Assembly: GCF_009914755.1 (NCBI RefSeq)
Contig: NC_060931.1
Direction: 5' to 3' (one strand)
DNA: 64,000 nucleotides
DNA from: the human T2T-CHM13v2.0 reference genome, Homo sapiens
Below, in pieces: positions 16,937 through 32,883 of this stretch. Every line of letters begins with the position of its first letter. Within the stretch, counting starts at the first letter, position 1. The notes under the pieces were generated by a model, which worked only from the letters and a program-made list of their open reading frames with translations, was not told where the DNA came from and did no database searches. A program made the translations under genes and the position numbers.

Positions 16937-19842
16937 TGACCTCAGGTGATCCACCCACCTCGGCCTCCCGAAGTGCTGGGATTACAGGCGTGAGTCACCG
17001 CACCCAGCCGAGAAGCCATTTTAAAGGAACTTTGCCCAAGAGGGCCACCGAGAGGGAAAATGGACCAATGGCATGTGGTGGAGGATTCCAGAAGCCAGGG
17101 GCTGAGGGAGGAATTGAAGCAGCAAGACTGAGATGGCCACCTGATCATGGGAACTGGAGGTAAGAAAGACCCCCAGAAGCACTGCATGGGAGAGTCAGTT
17201 ACAAATTCCCATCAAGCTGAGACAGTAACAAGGCCAGATGTCGAAGGGGCTTTTCTTGCCCCATCTCTACTCTCTTATAACCCCCTCCACCAACACAGGA
17301 TGCCTCAGAAGCCATAGTTGGCCTGGGCTGGGGTGGGATGGAAGAGGAAACAAAATAAACAGAAGTCAACTACTGTCCTCCTCAAATGTGGGAGCCCAAA
17401 GAAAGCTTGAGAGGGGAAGAGAAGCAGCTTTACCTTTGAATTAAATTCCTAGTTTTGATTATTAACATGAACTGGACAGTAAGTCTGTCCTAGTAACCAG
17501 ACACAATCCAAGGGCAAGCAAAGATTTAAAGACAGAAAGCTGCTGCATGATTGAATTCTACTTCTTGACTGTGGAAACCCTGCTTGTTTAATATAAGTTT
17601 CACTTGCAAAACACCAAGTAAAATCAATGCCTACCACACAGTGCTTCATACAGCAGCCAATAAGACTGTTGTTAATTACCTTGGTATTTCCTTAGAGAGA
17701 GGCAGATAGGAGCTGAGTGTGAGGCTTTTTATGTTTTTTTCCTTTGAGATAAGGTCTCATTCTGTCACCCAGACTGGGGTGCAGTGGTGCAAACACAGCT
17801 CACTGCAGCCTCAAACTCCCAGGCTCAATTCTCCTGCCTTAGCTTCCTGAGTAACTGGGACCACTGGCACATACCACCATGCTTGGCTAATTTTTATTAT
17901 TTGTAGACAGGGTCTCCTGTGTTGCCCAGGCTGGTATTGAACTCCTGGGCTCAAGCGATCCTCCCACCTTGGCCTTCCAGAGGGGTGGAATTACAGGCAT
18001 GAGCCACTGCACTGGGCCAAATGTGAGGCTTTTCTAGCAGTCAAGTTGTTTGGGATGGCCCAAGTAGAAGGCTTGGGAGGTAGCGAGTTCCTCTTCTGTG
18101 GAGATGAGGACTTGGGAGGGATGTGGAGGAAACTGAATTCCAGATGTGGGAGGGAGCCTGACAATCTGTGATTCCAGTTTATTGCTCATGGTCTCAACTC
18201 TCCCCCTCTACAGAGGTGACTTCCGCCCTGGCCTGAGTTTCAATCCCACAGTTCCTTTTTTCCCCCCTTAAATGAGACATATCTTGCTCTGTCACCCATG
18301 TCAGAATGCAGTGGCACAATCATGGCTCACTACAGCCTTGACCTCCCCCGATCGCCTGAGCTCAAGCGATTGTTTCATGTCAGCCTCTTGGGTAGCTGGG
18401 ACTACAAGCACACACCATCACGCCCAGAGAATTTTCGTACTTTTTGTAGAGATGGGGTTTTGCCATGTTACCCAGGCTGGTCCTGAATTCCTGAGCTCAA
18501 GTGATCGTCCGCCTTGGCTGCTCAAAGTGTTGGGATTACAGGCATGAACACGGCCCATACCACTGAAAGGTCTATATGGACAACTCAGCATAACTCCCAA
18601 TTAAGCCCATCTAAAACGGAACTCTTTATTTTTTCTCCTCTCCTTTGGTATAACCTCCTTTATTTTTCTCCTCTCCTTTGTATAACCCAACTTCCCTCTT
18701 TATGTATTTTCCACACCTCTTTCTTTCACTCCTCAAACCCAGATGAGCACAGACTGTTACCCATTCTTCCCATGAGACTTCTCCCACACTGGCCCTACCC
18801 ACTCCATTTCTATGGCCACCACCGTAATTCAGACCTTTGTCATCCATAAAATAGATTCCTAAACAATCTCCCTGAATAGATTCCTAAACAATCTCCATTT
18901 TTTTTTTCCTGGGAATTCTTAGCATACAAGGTCAGTCTAATCTTCCTCAAACACAGTTCTGGCAGTGTCACAAAAGCCTGATTGGCCAGGTGCAGTGGCT
19001 CACGCCTATAATCCCAGCACTTTGAGAGGCTGACTCGGGCAGATCACTTGAGGTTAGGAGTTCTAGACCAGCCTGGCCAACATGACAAATCCCTGTCTCT
19101 GCTAAAAATACAAAAATTAGCCAGGTGTGGTGGTGCACACCTGTAATCCCAGCTACTTGGGAGGCTGAGGCAGGAGAACTGCGTGAACCCGGAGGTGGAG
19201 GTTGCAGTGAGCCGAGATCGCGCCACTGCACTGCAGCCTGGGCAACAGCGTGAGGCTCCATCTCAAATAAATAAACAACCTTTGATAAACACTTGCTTCC
19301 CAAGAAATGAAATACAAACTTCTCAGCTAACATTCATGGGACCGGCACAATCTAGTTTTTCCCAACCTGCTGTTTCCAGCTGTACCTAAAACCACTCAAC
19401 TCTCCACAAATTCACTGAGGCCCTTTCAGCCCAGTCGCATGTTGGACAAAAAAAACAGAAGAAAGACTTAGTACCTGGCAAGACTTAATACCTGGCTCTG
19501 AGGTGCTCTCAGTTACAAGACAGAGGAGTAAATAATTACCAGAAGATGCAGTCAGTGATAAGATAAACAAAGGACACTGCTTGCCCTAATGTCCCCACTC
19601 CAAAATAAATGATCTATTCACTGTCCCCTGAATACTGGCCTATGCTTATTTTTTCCCGCTAGGATTTTATTTGGCCTTTTTTCTCCTCCTTTCCTGTCTA
19701 AACATTTCCCATTGTTAAATGCTCAGGCCCTAGTGCCCCTCCTTTGAGAATTCTGATTCCAAGGCAAGGGATCTTTCCCTCCTCTGGAGTTGAATGTTCC
19801 ATTGAGAAACACCTACTCTTCCAGCATGTCTCAGCTTATCTG

Positions 19843-19843
<1 letters not shown>

Positions 19844-19885
<42 letters not shown>

Positions 19886-19900
19886 CGCGCGCGCGCGCGC
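19844..19900. repeat. Compound microsatellite (TG)17(CG)11C at the tail of an antisense Alu
   Basis: Read directly: 57 bp of uninterrupted purine/pyrimidine alternation. Confidence 0.95.
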
Positions 19901-19944
19901 TTTTGAGACGGAGTTTAGCTCTTATCACCCAGGATGGAGTATAA

Positions 19945-20091
<147 letters not shown>

Positions 20092-20676
20092 TAGCCAGTC
20101 TGGTCTCAAACTCCTGACCTCAGGTGATCTGCCCGCCTTGACCTCCCAAAGTGCTGGGATTACAGGCATAAGCCACCACACCCGGCTTTTTTTTTTTTTT
20201 TTGAGACAGAGTCTTTCTCCGTCGCCCAAGCTGGAGTACAGTGGGGTTATCTCGGCTCACTGCAACCTCCCTCCACCTCCCGGGTTCAAGCGATTCTCCT
20301 GCCTCAGCCTCCGGAGTAGTTGGGGCTACAGGTGTACACCACCACGCTGGGCTAATTTTTGTATTTTTAGTAGAGATGGGGTTTCACCATGTTAGCCAGG
20401 CTGGTCATGAACTCCTGGCCTCAAGTGATCGGCCCGCCTCAGCCTCCCAGAGTGCTGGGATTACAGGCATGAGCCACCTTGCCTGGGGGTGTTGTTTAAT
20501 TTTAAAAATATGTATCAGGCCGGGCGCGGTGGCTCACGCCTGTAATCTCAGCACTTTGGGAGGCCGAGGCGGGTGGATCACGAGGTCAGGAGTTCGAGAC
20601 CAGCCTGACCAACGTGGTGAAACCCCGTCTCTACTAAAAAAAATACAAAAAATTAGCCAGGTGTAGTGGTGCGCTA

Positions 20677-20790
<114 letters not shown>

Positions 20791-21197
20791 TCAAAAAAAT
20801 AAATAAATTCATACATTTAAGTAATAAACTCATTGTGAGCAAGGAATTCTACTCGACTTTCTGTCTGCGTAAACTCTACAAATCCACTTGGCCTCAGCCA
20901 CAGTGTCTTTATTCGTAAAGCAGAAACAGTGGGACCGTCAGAGCACTGCCGGGCAGGCGAGAGAAGACAGGAACTGTATGACCACGGAAGTTGTTGTCCC
21001 TACAACCTATTTGCTCATCTGGAACACAGAATAGTGGTCCTCTAAAGCTTGCAGGGCTGGAGGTCGCCATTATCAGCAGTGGTGTCACTAAACCTGAACC
21101 CAAGGGTCTCTGCAACTTGGGAAACGACGGCCCGGATCTGAGGAGATGGCCCCTTCCTCCCACCCCGCCTAAGGACTCTCAGCCTCCCTGACCCTAC

Positions 21198-21540
21198 CTT
21201 TCCGATGCTCAGAGTCCCCTCTGGCCTCCAAGGACAGAAGGAATGGGTTTGGCTGAGGTCGGGGGCTCGGGTCTGGGACGCGCTCCACCTCCCCGGCTGC
21301 GCGACTATGGCCAGGCTCCCTGTCGGAGCCTCTGCCTGGGGCCCCACCTGGAAAAATGGCTCCTCTAAGGCGCTTCCAGCCTAAAGCCCGTCCTCTTCCA
21401 CCTCTTGGGTGCAGACTGGCCCTCCCACTCCGACCGCAGGTCCCCCACCGGCCACACAGACGGCTACGCTAGAACCCAGCCAAACACCGGGGTTGCCAGG
21501 ATGGTCCCACAGCTTTCCTTTCCGACTCCCGGAAGTGGCC
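21198..21540 (-). other. STYXL1: STYXL1 non-coding exon 1 (5' end approximate)
   Basis: Minus-strand AAG|GTAGGG donor at 21197-21192 within the CpG island. No upstream ATG seen on the minus strand. TSS position is inferred. Confidence 0.65.
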
Positions 21541-22000
21541 GTGATCTCACGAGATCCCGGAGGCGAGCGCGACCGGAAGTCCGGTCACTCTCGCGAGGCC
21601 CCAGAGAGCAGGCGCTGGGCAGTGTGGAGGTCGTTGGAGTCACTTCCGCGTCACCAGCTCCTGTGCCTGCCAGTCGGTGCCCCTCCCGCTCCAGCCATGC
21701 TCTCCGCCCTCGCCCGGCCTGCCAGCGCTGCTCTCCGCCGCAGCTTCAGCACCTCGGCCCAGGTAGGCCAGACGAGGGGCGGCCTGCAGGCGGAGGCCCC
21801 CCGGCCCGGGCCACGTGCGTCCCCGGTTCGCGGGCAGCTCTGACCCTCTCCAGGCCAGCCTGGACCGCAGGGATGCCCGGCACTGGCTGGAGACTGTGGC
21901 GCCCGGGGCAGGCCCTGACACTGGCCTGGAGGTGCGGGGGAGAAAGCCGGGGAAAAGGGGGCGAGGTAGTCCCGCTCCAGGGCCGGTCCATTTGTCAGGG
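21250..22000. promoter_or_regulatory. CpG island / bidirectional promoter shared by STYXL1 and MDH2
   Basis: High GC and CpG density with head-to-head genes. ETS/GABPA motifs CCGGAAGTG 21529-21537, CCGGAAGT 21573-21580, CACTTCCG 21641-21648. TCTCGCGAGA-like motifs at 21589-21598 and 21545-21554. No TATA box seen. Confidence 0.9.
21697..21762 (+). CDS. MDH2: MDH2 exon 1, mitochondrial targeting presequence MLSALARPASAALRRSFSTSAQ
   Basis: gccATGc start, CAG|GTAGG donor, 66 nt. Arg/Ser/Ala-rich presequence without acidic residues. Confidence 0.98.
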
Positions 22001-22977
22001 TTCCCCCAGGTCTCCCAGATTGCCCAGAGGACCTGCTCTTGGCTTGCACGCCTTCAAGGTTGGGAAACCAGGGCTCTGCATCTGAAAGTAAACTTACGTT
22101 TTTTTCTGCAGCGTTCCATTGCTTTGACGTAGCTAATCTCCTTGCAGCATCCGTGTGAGTTGTGCGTGAATAAAAGAAATCGTATACTTCCTAATTCCAT
22201 AGTATGGACAAACCGAGGCTAGAGAACTGGGCCAGGGTTACAGTCATTTGGCCAGAGGATTAGAATTCAGCGCTTCTGACCTGAAGACGGCTTCCTCTTA
22301 ACCTTTTTGGAGGATCTCTCCTGCTGTGGGCGGACTGAGCCTGCCGCCAGGTGTCTTAACAGTGCTTGACTTGGCCCGCGACCACTTAAGCCTAGGAGCC
22401 TAGGCTATTTTTAGCCATCTTCTAGAATGGTGGTTCTTAAACTCTGCAGTGTGTCAGAATCACCAGAAAGCTAATAAAAAACAGACGTCTGGGTTCATTG
22501 AAGAAGCTTAAGACTGCGGGGGGGGGGTCCGCATTTTTACCAGGTGAATCTAATTAAACCTAATTTTGAGAACCCAGGAGGTGCTCGCATTGCCTTTTAA
22601 TTACGACGCCCAAGAGGGAGGTAATTTTAAAGGGGAATCCAAATTTATCATCGAAGTTCTCGAGTTTCCTGTACATCCAGTTCATTTGAAAAATAAATAC
22701 AAATGCTCCTGGATTGATGGCTACTTCCCATACCCATCGCAAGTTGGTAATATCCTAAGTCAAAAGGCGAGTTTAACTTTGTGTATTTTCAACTTGCAAT
22801 GGGTTCCCACAGGCAACCCCATTGTAAGTTGAATGTACCAAATGCTTTTGCGCTACGGTGAAGTGGGGGCCCAGCTGTATACAGATAAGTACATTAAGTA
22901 CCTGTGCTTGCCAACAACTATGCTGGGTGCTGCAGGGGATACCAAAATAAGTGAGAAGTGACACTTGATATGGGACA

Positions 22978-23086
22978 GGAATGAGTAAACTTAGGACAGG
23001 TGGAAGCGATGAAGGTCTTAGGGAATGAGTAAACTTAGGACAGGTGGAGGCGATGAAGGTCTTAGGGAATGAGTAAACAGGACAGG
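22978..23086. repeat. 44-bp minisatellite, about 2.4 copies, in MDH2 intron 1
   Basis: ATGAGTAAAC recurs at 22981, 23025 and 23069. Confidence 0.9.
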
Positions 23087-23307
23087 AGGGATGAGGTGTG
23101 GGGGAGGGGCAGCCAACCAAAGAGAGGACAGGGGTGTCCAGGGAGAGGTTGAGTTTTGGTAGGACCTTCAGATATCCGACATATTTATTGAGCTAGGTAC
23201 TGGAAATACAGCGGTGAACAAAACACAGAAGTCCCTGCTCTCACGGAAATTACTAGATATTTTACTTATTGCCCCACTCATTATAAAGTATCTTAAAATA
23301 GTGATGA

Positions 23308-23685
<378 letters not shown>

Positions 23686-24434
23686 TAGGTGGGAATCACA
23701 GGCAAGGGCTACGACAGCTGGGTAATTTTTGTAGTTTTAGTAGAGATGGGGTTTCACCATGTTGGCCAGGCTGGTCTCAAACTCCTGGCCTTAAGTGATC
23801 CACCCTCCTTGGCCTCCCAAAGTGCTGGGATTACAGGCGTGAGCCACCACTCCCAGCCGAGGGTAGCAGTTTTACATCAGCCAGGGTAGGCCTCACGCAG
23901 AGTGAGATGTTTGAGTAAAGTCTGAAGGAAGCAGAGATCACATCATATGGAAAGAGTATTGCAGGTAAGGGATATGTCTCAGGATGTAGCTGAGAGCCCT
24001 TGGAGAAGCATGGGGCATGCCTTGAAGGTTTGAGAAAATGAGGCTAGGGTAGTTCCAGAGAAGGCAGTGGAGGTAACAGAACAGGCCTTGTAAAACTTTG
24101 GTATTTTCTCAGAAATGGGGCGGCCAGTTGAGGGTTTTCAGCTGCGTAATGACTTGCTCTTCCTTCCATTTTAACAAGATGGTCTTAGGAGTGAGAGAAA
24201 GGTAGGTTAGGAGTTCATTGTGGTTATCTAGGTGCAAGTGGTAAGAAATGATTGAATTCTGGGTATTCATTGATGGTACCAGAAGGATTTGCTGATGTGT
24301 GATTAGATAAGGGGTCGGGGATGACACCAAGGTTTTGGGCCTTGGAGTTGGGCTGAAATAGGCAAGACTTATAGAAGAGAGTGGGTTTAACCAGGGAGAA
24401 GATATCAGGAGTTCAGTTTTTATTTATTTACTGA

Positions 24435-25144
<710 letters not shown>

Positions 25145-28100
25145 TAGCTGGATCCTGTATCTTTAACAGTAAAAGCGTAGGAAGCACATAGCCCCAATGT
25201 ATTTACTTATAGGTATATGTACTAATATATACATTACAATATAAACTCAAGTAGAAATTTTAAAACAAACCATAACACGTTATAAAGTGTTAAAACTTAT
25301 AAATAAAGGCAGTGTTAACATATGTCGGTTTTCAACACAGTTGCCAAGCAGTGTGCTGTTGATAGCCACTCTGCCACCCAGCAAAGGTCAGCGGGTCTGG
25401 AAGACAGCTCTTTGACAAGGAGATCATGATCTAACCTCCGGGCCACCAAAGATTTTCATCTCATTGCAAAGCATGTAAAGATTATACTACTTAAGGATTG
25501 TGGTTTTGTAAAAATTAAGTTGGTGACATCCTGTAATATACAAACAGTGACATCACCTTGACAAAGTGAAAGCAAAGAAACCAGTGAGGCAGTCTTCTTC
25601 CCCTCCCTCCCCCATGTTGTGTTCACCTTATGTACACATGGGACCCATCCATTTAAGCACCCTAGCGAGGGCACAGGTCGGTCCATTTCTTGGTAGAGAT
25701 TAATTCTTTGTTAGATAAAGATAGAGACAGTCTGGGCATGGTAGCTTACACCTATAATCCCAGCACTTGAGCTCAGAAGTTTGAGACCAGCCTGGGCAGT
25801 GTGGCAAAACCTCATTTCTACAAAATGAGTGGTGTGTACCTGTAGTCCCAGCTACAGCTAAGGTGGGGAGGATGGCTTGAACCGAAAATGCAGAGGTTGC
25901 AGTGAGCCAAGATCGCACCACTGCACTCCAGCCTGGGTGAGAGAGGGAGACCCTATCTCAAAAAAAAAAAAAGATACACTCATTGCAGCAGTTTCATCCT
26001 CCACCCTGGTGGGATTGTCTTGGCCACTCCCCTGTGGAACCACTGCCCTGGCTGAGTGATGGAGGCATGAAAGCTTTGGAAGATTTTTTTTTTTTTTTTT
26101 TTGAGATAGACTGTTGGTCTGTCACCCAGGCTGGAGTGCAGTGGTGTGATCTCCTCCTGGGTTCAAGCGATTCTCCTGTCTCAGCCTTCTGAGTAGCTAG
26201 GATTACCGGTGCGCGCCACCATGTCTGGCTAATTTTTTTTATTATTAGTAGAGATGGGGTTTTGCCATGTTGGCCAAGCTGGTCTCAAAGTCCTGACTTA
26301 AGGTGATCCACCTCGGCCTCTCAGAGTGCTGGGATTACAGGTGTGAGCCACCACGCCCAGCCCAGAAGATATTTTTTTAAAGAGATGGAATCTTGCTCTG
26401 TTTCCCAGGCTGGAATGCAATGGCGCCATCATGGCTCACGGCAGCCTCAACTCCTGGGCTCAAGTGATCCTCCCACCTCAGCCTTCTGAGTAGCTGGGAC
26501 TACAGGTGCATACCACCATGCCAGCCTGAGCACGAGAGTGAAATGATTAAGACTTTGATTTTGGGAAAGCATGCTTTGGAGGTGTTGCTGAGTACCTAAG
26601 TTAGATAACGGAATAGAATGAAGAGGAGGAGCGGGTTGGGAGGGTGGTTGAGCTGCCAAGTTCTTCATGTCCTGACTTGATGTCTCTGATAAGAAGGAGG
26701 TGGCAGAAGATGGTTCTAGAAGTTTACATTTAGTGAACACAAGTGCCATTTGGGACCAGGGATGGAGGGAGGGGGGCAGGATAAATGGACAGTTGAGTTT
26801 GTGGAACCCATGGAACGCCTAACAGAACTGGGAATGCAGAGCTGGGATTTGGGAGTCCCTGAGACTCACACAAGATGTGGGAGTGAGAGCTGAAGATCCA
26901 GAAGTGGGTGAGGCTGAGCCTGCCCGACCTCAGGTTCTGAGCGGGTCTGACAGGTTCAAGTTTCCAGGCAGCCAGGGGTTCACCTTTAAAGCACCAACTT
27001 GAAACTCAAAAACCTGTTTGAATTCAAATGTTGGTTGTATATGCTTCCACAGTTTAATTTCCTGAGCAGAAACCCACTGGGTAAGCGTCTTGATTCGGAT
27101 TTTGGTTTGTTGGGTTTTGGTTTCTGATAACCAAAGCCTGTTATTAGCTGGCCTCAGCTACTGTAGAAGACTGTGCAGTGATGCTGTCAGGCCCCAGATG
27201 ACCACACACGGTGCCGAGAGTTCCCGTGTCTGCCACTTTGTTTGCCTCTTCCCTCACTGGTAGCTGCCTGCCTGCCTGCCTGCCAGGGATCGGCTGTGCT
27301 TCTCATTTGTGAGTTTAGATCAGAAACAAGCTCCCTGGGTATGGCTGTAATTTTGGTCAGACCTTGAGTGAGACCTAGAGGGGAAGAGTGCCTTCGAATA
27401 ACGGGAGTGATTGCTGGATGCGGGGCCGGGTCACTTTCACCCCATCACTTTCCTAACTGTTCCAAGCTGAAATGCCCAGGGCCAGCTGCTACTTTGCTGC
27501 CTGTTCTTCTGATTAGCCTGGTATGAAACAGTGATTCTCAAACTGTTTGGTATCAAAATCATCTGGGGAAAATGGCAAAAATGCCAAGGCCTAAGCCCCA
27601 TCCCGCTTCCAGGAGCCTAGTCCTGAGTGGGCTTCATTAGCTCAGCAGGTGGCTCTGATGCACACCTAGGCTGGAGAACCAGTGTGAGATACTGGAGCCC
27701 GAGATGACAGATCTGACTCACCAGGAGGGTTGGAGTCTTTCGCAACGTACGTAACCCCTTCCACCTCTTGTTAGGCAGCTCCTTGTCCTGCCTGAGGCTC
27801 CAGCCACAAGTTTGCTGCCTGGATGAATCTTCTCTGATTCCCCACCCCTGCAGGGAGTTGATTGCCGCAACCCCATCTGCCCTCTTGCACAAGGGGCTTC
27901 TGTGACAGTGTTCTCCCTGCTCCTAATGCATCTCATTACCTGTCTCCTACAGAGCCAGCAGGGATCTTCCTGCAACCTCAGTTACCGGGAGGGCCTGTTG
28001 CTAGGCACTCAGTGTGTGTTTATAGTTTATAAAGCTGCAGGTTGAAGGGAAGGCTGCTGTTACCAGTCCAGCTGCCTGATGGAGTCCAGCTTGTTCTTCA

Positions 28101-28350
28101 TCTTTCAGGAGGGTTTTGAAGTACCCTGAGTATCACAGACTCTACAGACATAAATTCTCCCCATTTGAAAGTGGACCTTTGGAATGAAGGTCCTGAATTC
28201 TTCCAGAATGAGACTGTTACAAATACAATGATTGTATCTTGCTTTGGCAACTGCAGTAAAAAGAGGCCCAGTGCAACATTATAGGATACCATGTGAATCC
28301 TTTTCATGCTCATTTCCTCCTAAGAGTCCTTTCTCTGTGCCTCTTTTTAG

Positions 28351-28519
28351 AACAATGCTAAAGTAGCTGTGCTAGGGGCCTCTGGAGGCATCGGGCAGCC
28401 ACTTTCACTTCTCCTGAAGAACAGCCCCTTGGTGAGCCGCCTGACCCTCTATGATATCGCGCACACACCCGGAGTGGCCGCAGATCTGAGCCACATCGAG
28501 ACCAAAGCCGCTGTGAAAG
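28351..28519 (+). CDS. MDH2: MDH2 exon 2 (NAD-binding Rossmann motif GASGGIG)
   Basis: ttttAG acceptor and GT donor, 169 nt. Encodes [23 protein letters not shown]...[10 protein letters not shown]. Confidence 0.98.
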
Positions 28520-30229
28520 GTACTGGGCGCGCTGACCCTGGAGACTTGCTTCCTGTCCCCAGTAGGCCAGGATTCGAGTTTTGAGTAAGATTCTTAGATG
28601 AAACTAAATGTTTAGAGACGGGGGTTTCTCTGTTTTAAATTTAAATTTTACAAGTGATTACACCCTTTTAGACTTGGCGTCTATAAAAATTGAAACAGCG
28701 GTGTCTTTTAGAAATGTGAGGTAGCCTAATCATCCCATTTTCTACTTTTTCTAATTTGAAAAGTAGTATGAGGATGGGGAAGAGGGAAGTGTCAGCAACC
28801 TCTGGTGAGGATTTGGGGACAGTAAGGTGGTGGTCTCAGCTGCGGGCCACCTTCCCTCCACCCCAGGGTTATCTTGCCAGCTTCTCAAAAAGCACGGCCT
28901 CTTTGGGAAACCTCCCCGTCTGTGGAAGGCAGTGTCGGATATTCAGTAAATGTTGTCTGGAAAATGATTCACTGGACTTAGTGCAGTGGCTTATACCTGT
29001 AATCCCAGCACTTTGGGAGGCCAAGTCAGGAGGATTGCTTGAGTCCAGGAGTTCAAGACCAGCCCAGGCAACATGGCGAGACCCCTATCTCAACAAAAAG
29101 TCCAAAAATTAGCTGGGCGTGATAGTGCACACCTGTGGTCCCAGCTACTTGGGAGGCTGAGGTGGGAGGATTACTTGAGCTCAGGAGGTTGAGGCTACAG
29201 TGAGCCCTGATTACACCACTGCACTTCAGCCTAGGTGAGATAGTGAGACACTGTTTCCAAAAAAAAAAAAAAAAATTTCATAAATATGCATATTTATATA
29301 TGCTGCTTATTTAACCTTCACAATGTATCAACATTTTTGCATGTCACCAAATTTTTTTTTTTTTTTTGAGACCATGTCTTCCTCTGTGTCCCAGATGGAA
29401 TACAGTGGCACAATCTTGGCTTACTGCAACCTCCCCATCTTGGGTTCAAGTGATTCTCCTGCCTCAACCTCCCGAGTAGCTGGGACCACAGGTGTGCAAC
29501 ACCATGCCCAGCTAATTTTTGTGTTTTTAGTAGAGATGGGGTTTCACCATGTTGGCCAGGCTGGTCTAGAACTCCTGACCTCAAATGATCCACCTACCTC
29601 GGCCTCCCAAAGTGCTGGGATTACAGGCATGAGCAACTGCGCCCAGCCCGAATTCTTGATAAAATTATTCTTAAAGCTGTAATTTATCATTTATGATAGC
29701 TCTGCTGTTGACCATTGGCTGTTTCCTGTTTGCTTCTGTAAATATAAATATATTAATGTAAGTTGCAGTACGTATCTTTATCTTTACATCTTGTTGAAGT
29801 CTTAGAGTTCTAAACACAGAATTAGTAGGTATGAATATTTCAAAGCTTTTACTATAAAGTTCCAAATTGCTGTCCAGAAAGATTCTACTGATTTCTTTCC
29901 CCTCTGACAGCGTATGCGATACCGTGTCTGATGGTGTTTACATGAGTCTTAAGTTGGTGTGAACAGCTGGGGAGGCTGCCTGGCAAATTTTATGTTCGTG
30001 CACCTTCCAGAGTTCTCTGAATGGGTTGCCCATTTTCTTTTGGGCTGTATATTCGGGTTAAGAAGGCTCCTGCATTAAGGAAAAAGTCAAGATCGAAGCA
30101 GATTTTGGATATTGTAGCAAATTTCCCTGAAATCTTTGAAAACATACTTTTTCCTTCAGATGATAGGAGTAAACGAAATAGTAATATTTAGAGTCTTTCA
30201 GCACAGGACGTTTTCTTTCCTGGCCTTCA

Positions 30230-30553
<324 letters not shown>

Positions 30554-30929
30554 TCATCAGGATTGTGGTGATGGGGAATGAGCAGCTCCTCTCATTCTAA
30601 CTGGAGGCCAAGTGTGACTTACAATGCTCACGAGTAGGATGAAGACAAGCAGTGGCTCAGTTCGCTTTTGTGGAAACCTGGAGGGCTGACCCATTCTAGC
30701 TGGGGCCTGGGCAAGGAGAGGCTGGGGAAAGCAGGGTAGAAGGGGAGGGTTCCTGCCACGGGAATTGTCAGCTCGCAGGGCAGTAGTCGTCAACAGAAGG
30801 AAGTCACGTTACAGGCAGGGCTTCTAGCCTTTCTCGAGGCCATTAGTTGGCCTTAAGGCCAGGGCTGAACTTTCCAGGCCTCTCTGAATCAGAAACGGTG
30901 ACATTTCTCTTGTGGGGTGTTTGTTCTAG

Positions 30930-31013
30930 GCTACCTCGGACCTGAACAGCTGCCTGACTGCCTGAAAGGTTGTGATGTGGTAGTTATTCCGGCTGGAGTC
31001 CCCAGAAAGCCAG
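30930..31013 (+). CDS. MDH2: MDH2 exon 3 ([28 protein letters not shown])
   Basis: ctAG/GT boundaries, 84 nt, in phase. Contains the start of the substrate-binding loop. Confidence 0.98.
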
Positions 31014-31409
31014 GTTTGTGTTTGAAAGCCTTGTCTGGTACCTCCCCACGTGAAGATGTGGGGATTAAATCCATTTCCTATTAAAAATGGATTTAATCTG
31101 GTTGCTTTGTTGTAGGAAAAATGTCACCAGCTCCCCTTTCCTGTGGGGTAAAGGTCACATCTCTTTGTTGGCCTGGGATCAAAGTCGTCTTGCCGTTCCC
31201 CTGTGCCTCTGTGCACGGACGCCCTTCCCTCTTCTCAGTCCCACTCTACCTTGGGGGTTCTTAATAAACCTCGACGGTCCTTCTCAGATGTTGTCCTCCC
31301 CTGCTCCACCCATGCAGACCTCGCTTCTGGCACTCATCATGCTGGATCATTTACCCTGCAAGAGGGACTGACTTGAAACGGGGACCTTGAGTGGCTAAAT
31401 TTCCTGTAA

Positions 31410-31658
<249 letters not shown>

Positions 31659-31945
31659 TGAAAAGCTCACGGTTTGCAGCAAAGGCTGCTGATGTGCTGG
31701 GGGGATGGGGGGATACACAGATGAAGGGGCTGAAATGGAGAGGTCGGGTGCACTAAGCAGAGGCCCGTCCGTGCACTTCCTAAGGACTCCTTCCAGCATG
31801 AACTGAATGAGGGTTGTCACAGCCAGCCTTGTGCTGTGGGCAGACCACGTCTCTCTCTGCTTTAGTTTCCCCACCTGAAGAGAAGTCCATTCTCAAGGCT
31901 CCTTTCAGCCGTGATTGTGGTGGTCTCTTGATTCCCTTTTTGACA

Positions 31946-32883
<938 letters not shown>

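Noticed and set aside
21405-22085. 226-aa ORF across the promoter
   Set aside because: CpG-island artefact with a non-ATG start that overlaps MDH2 exon 1 out of frame.
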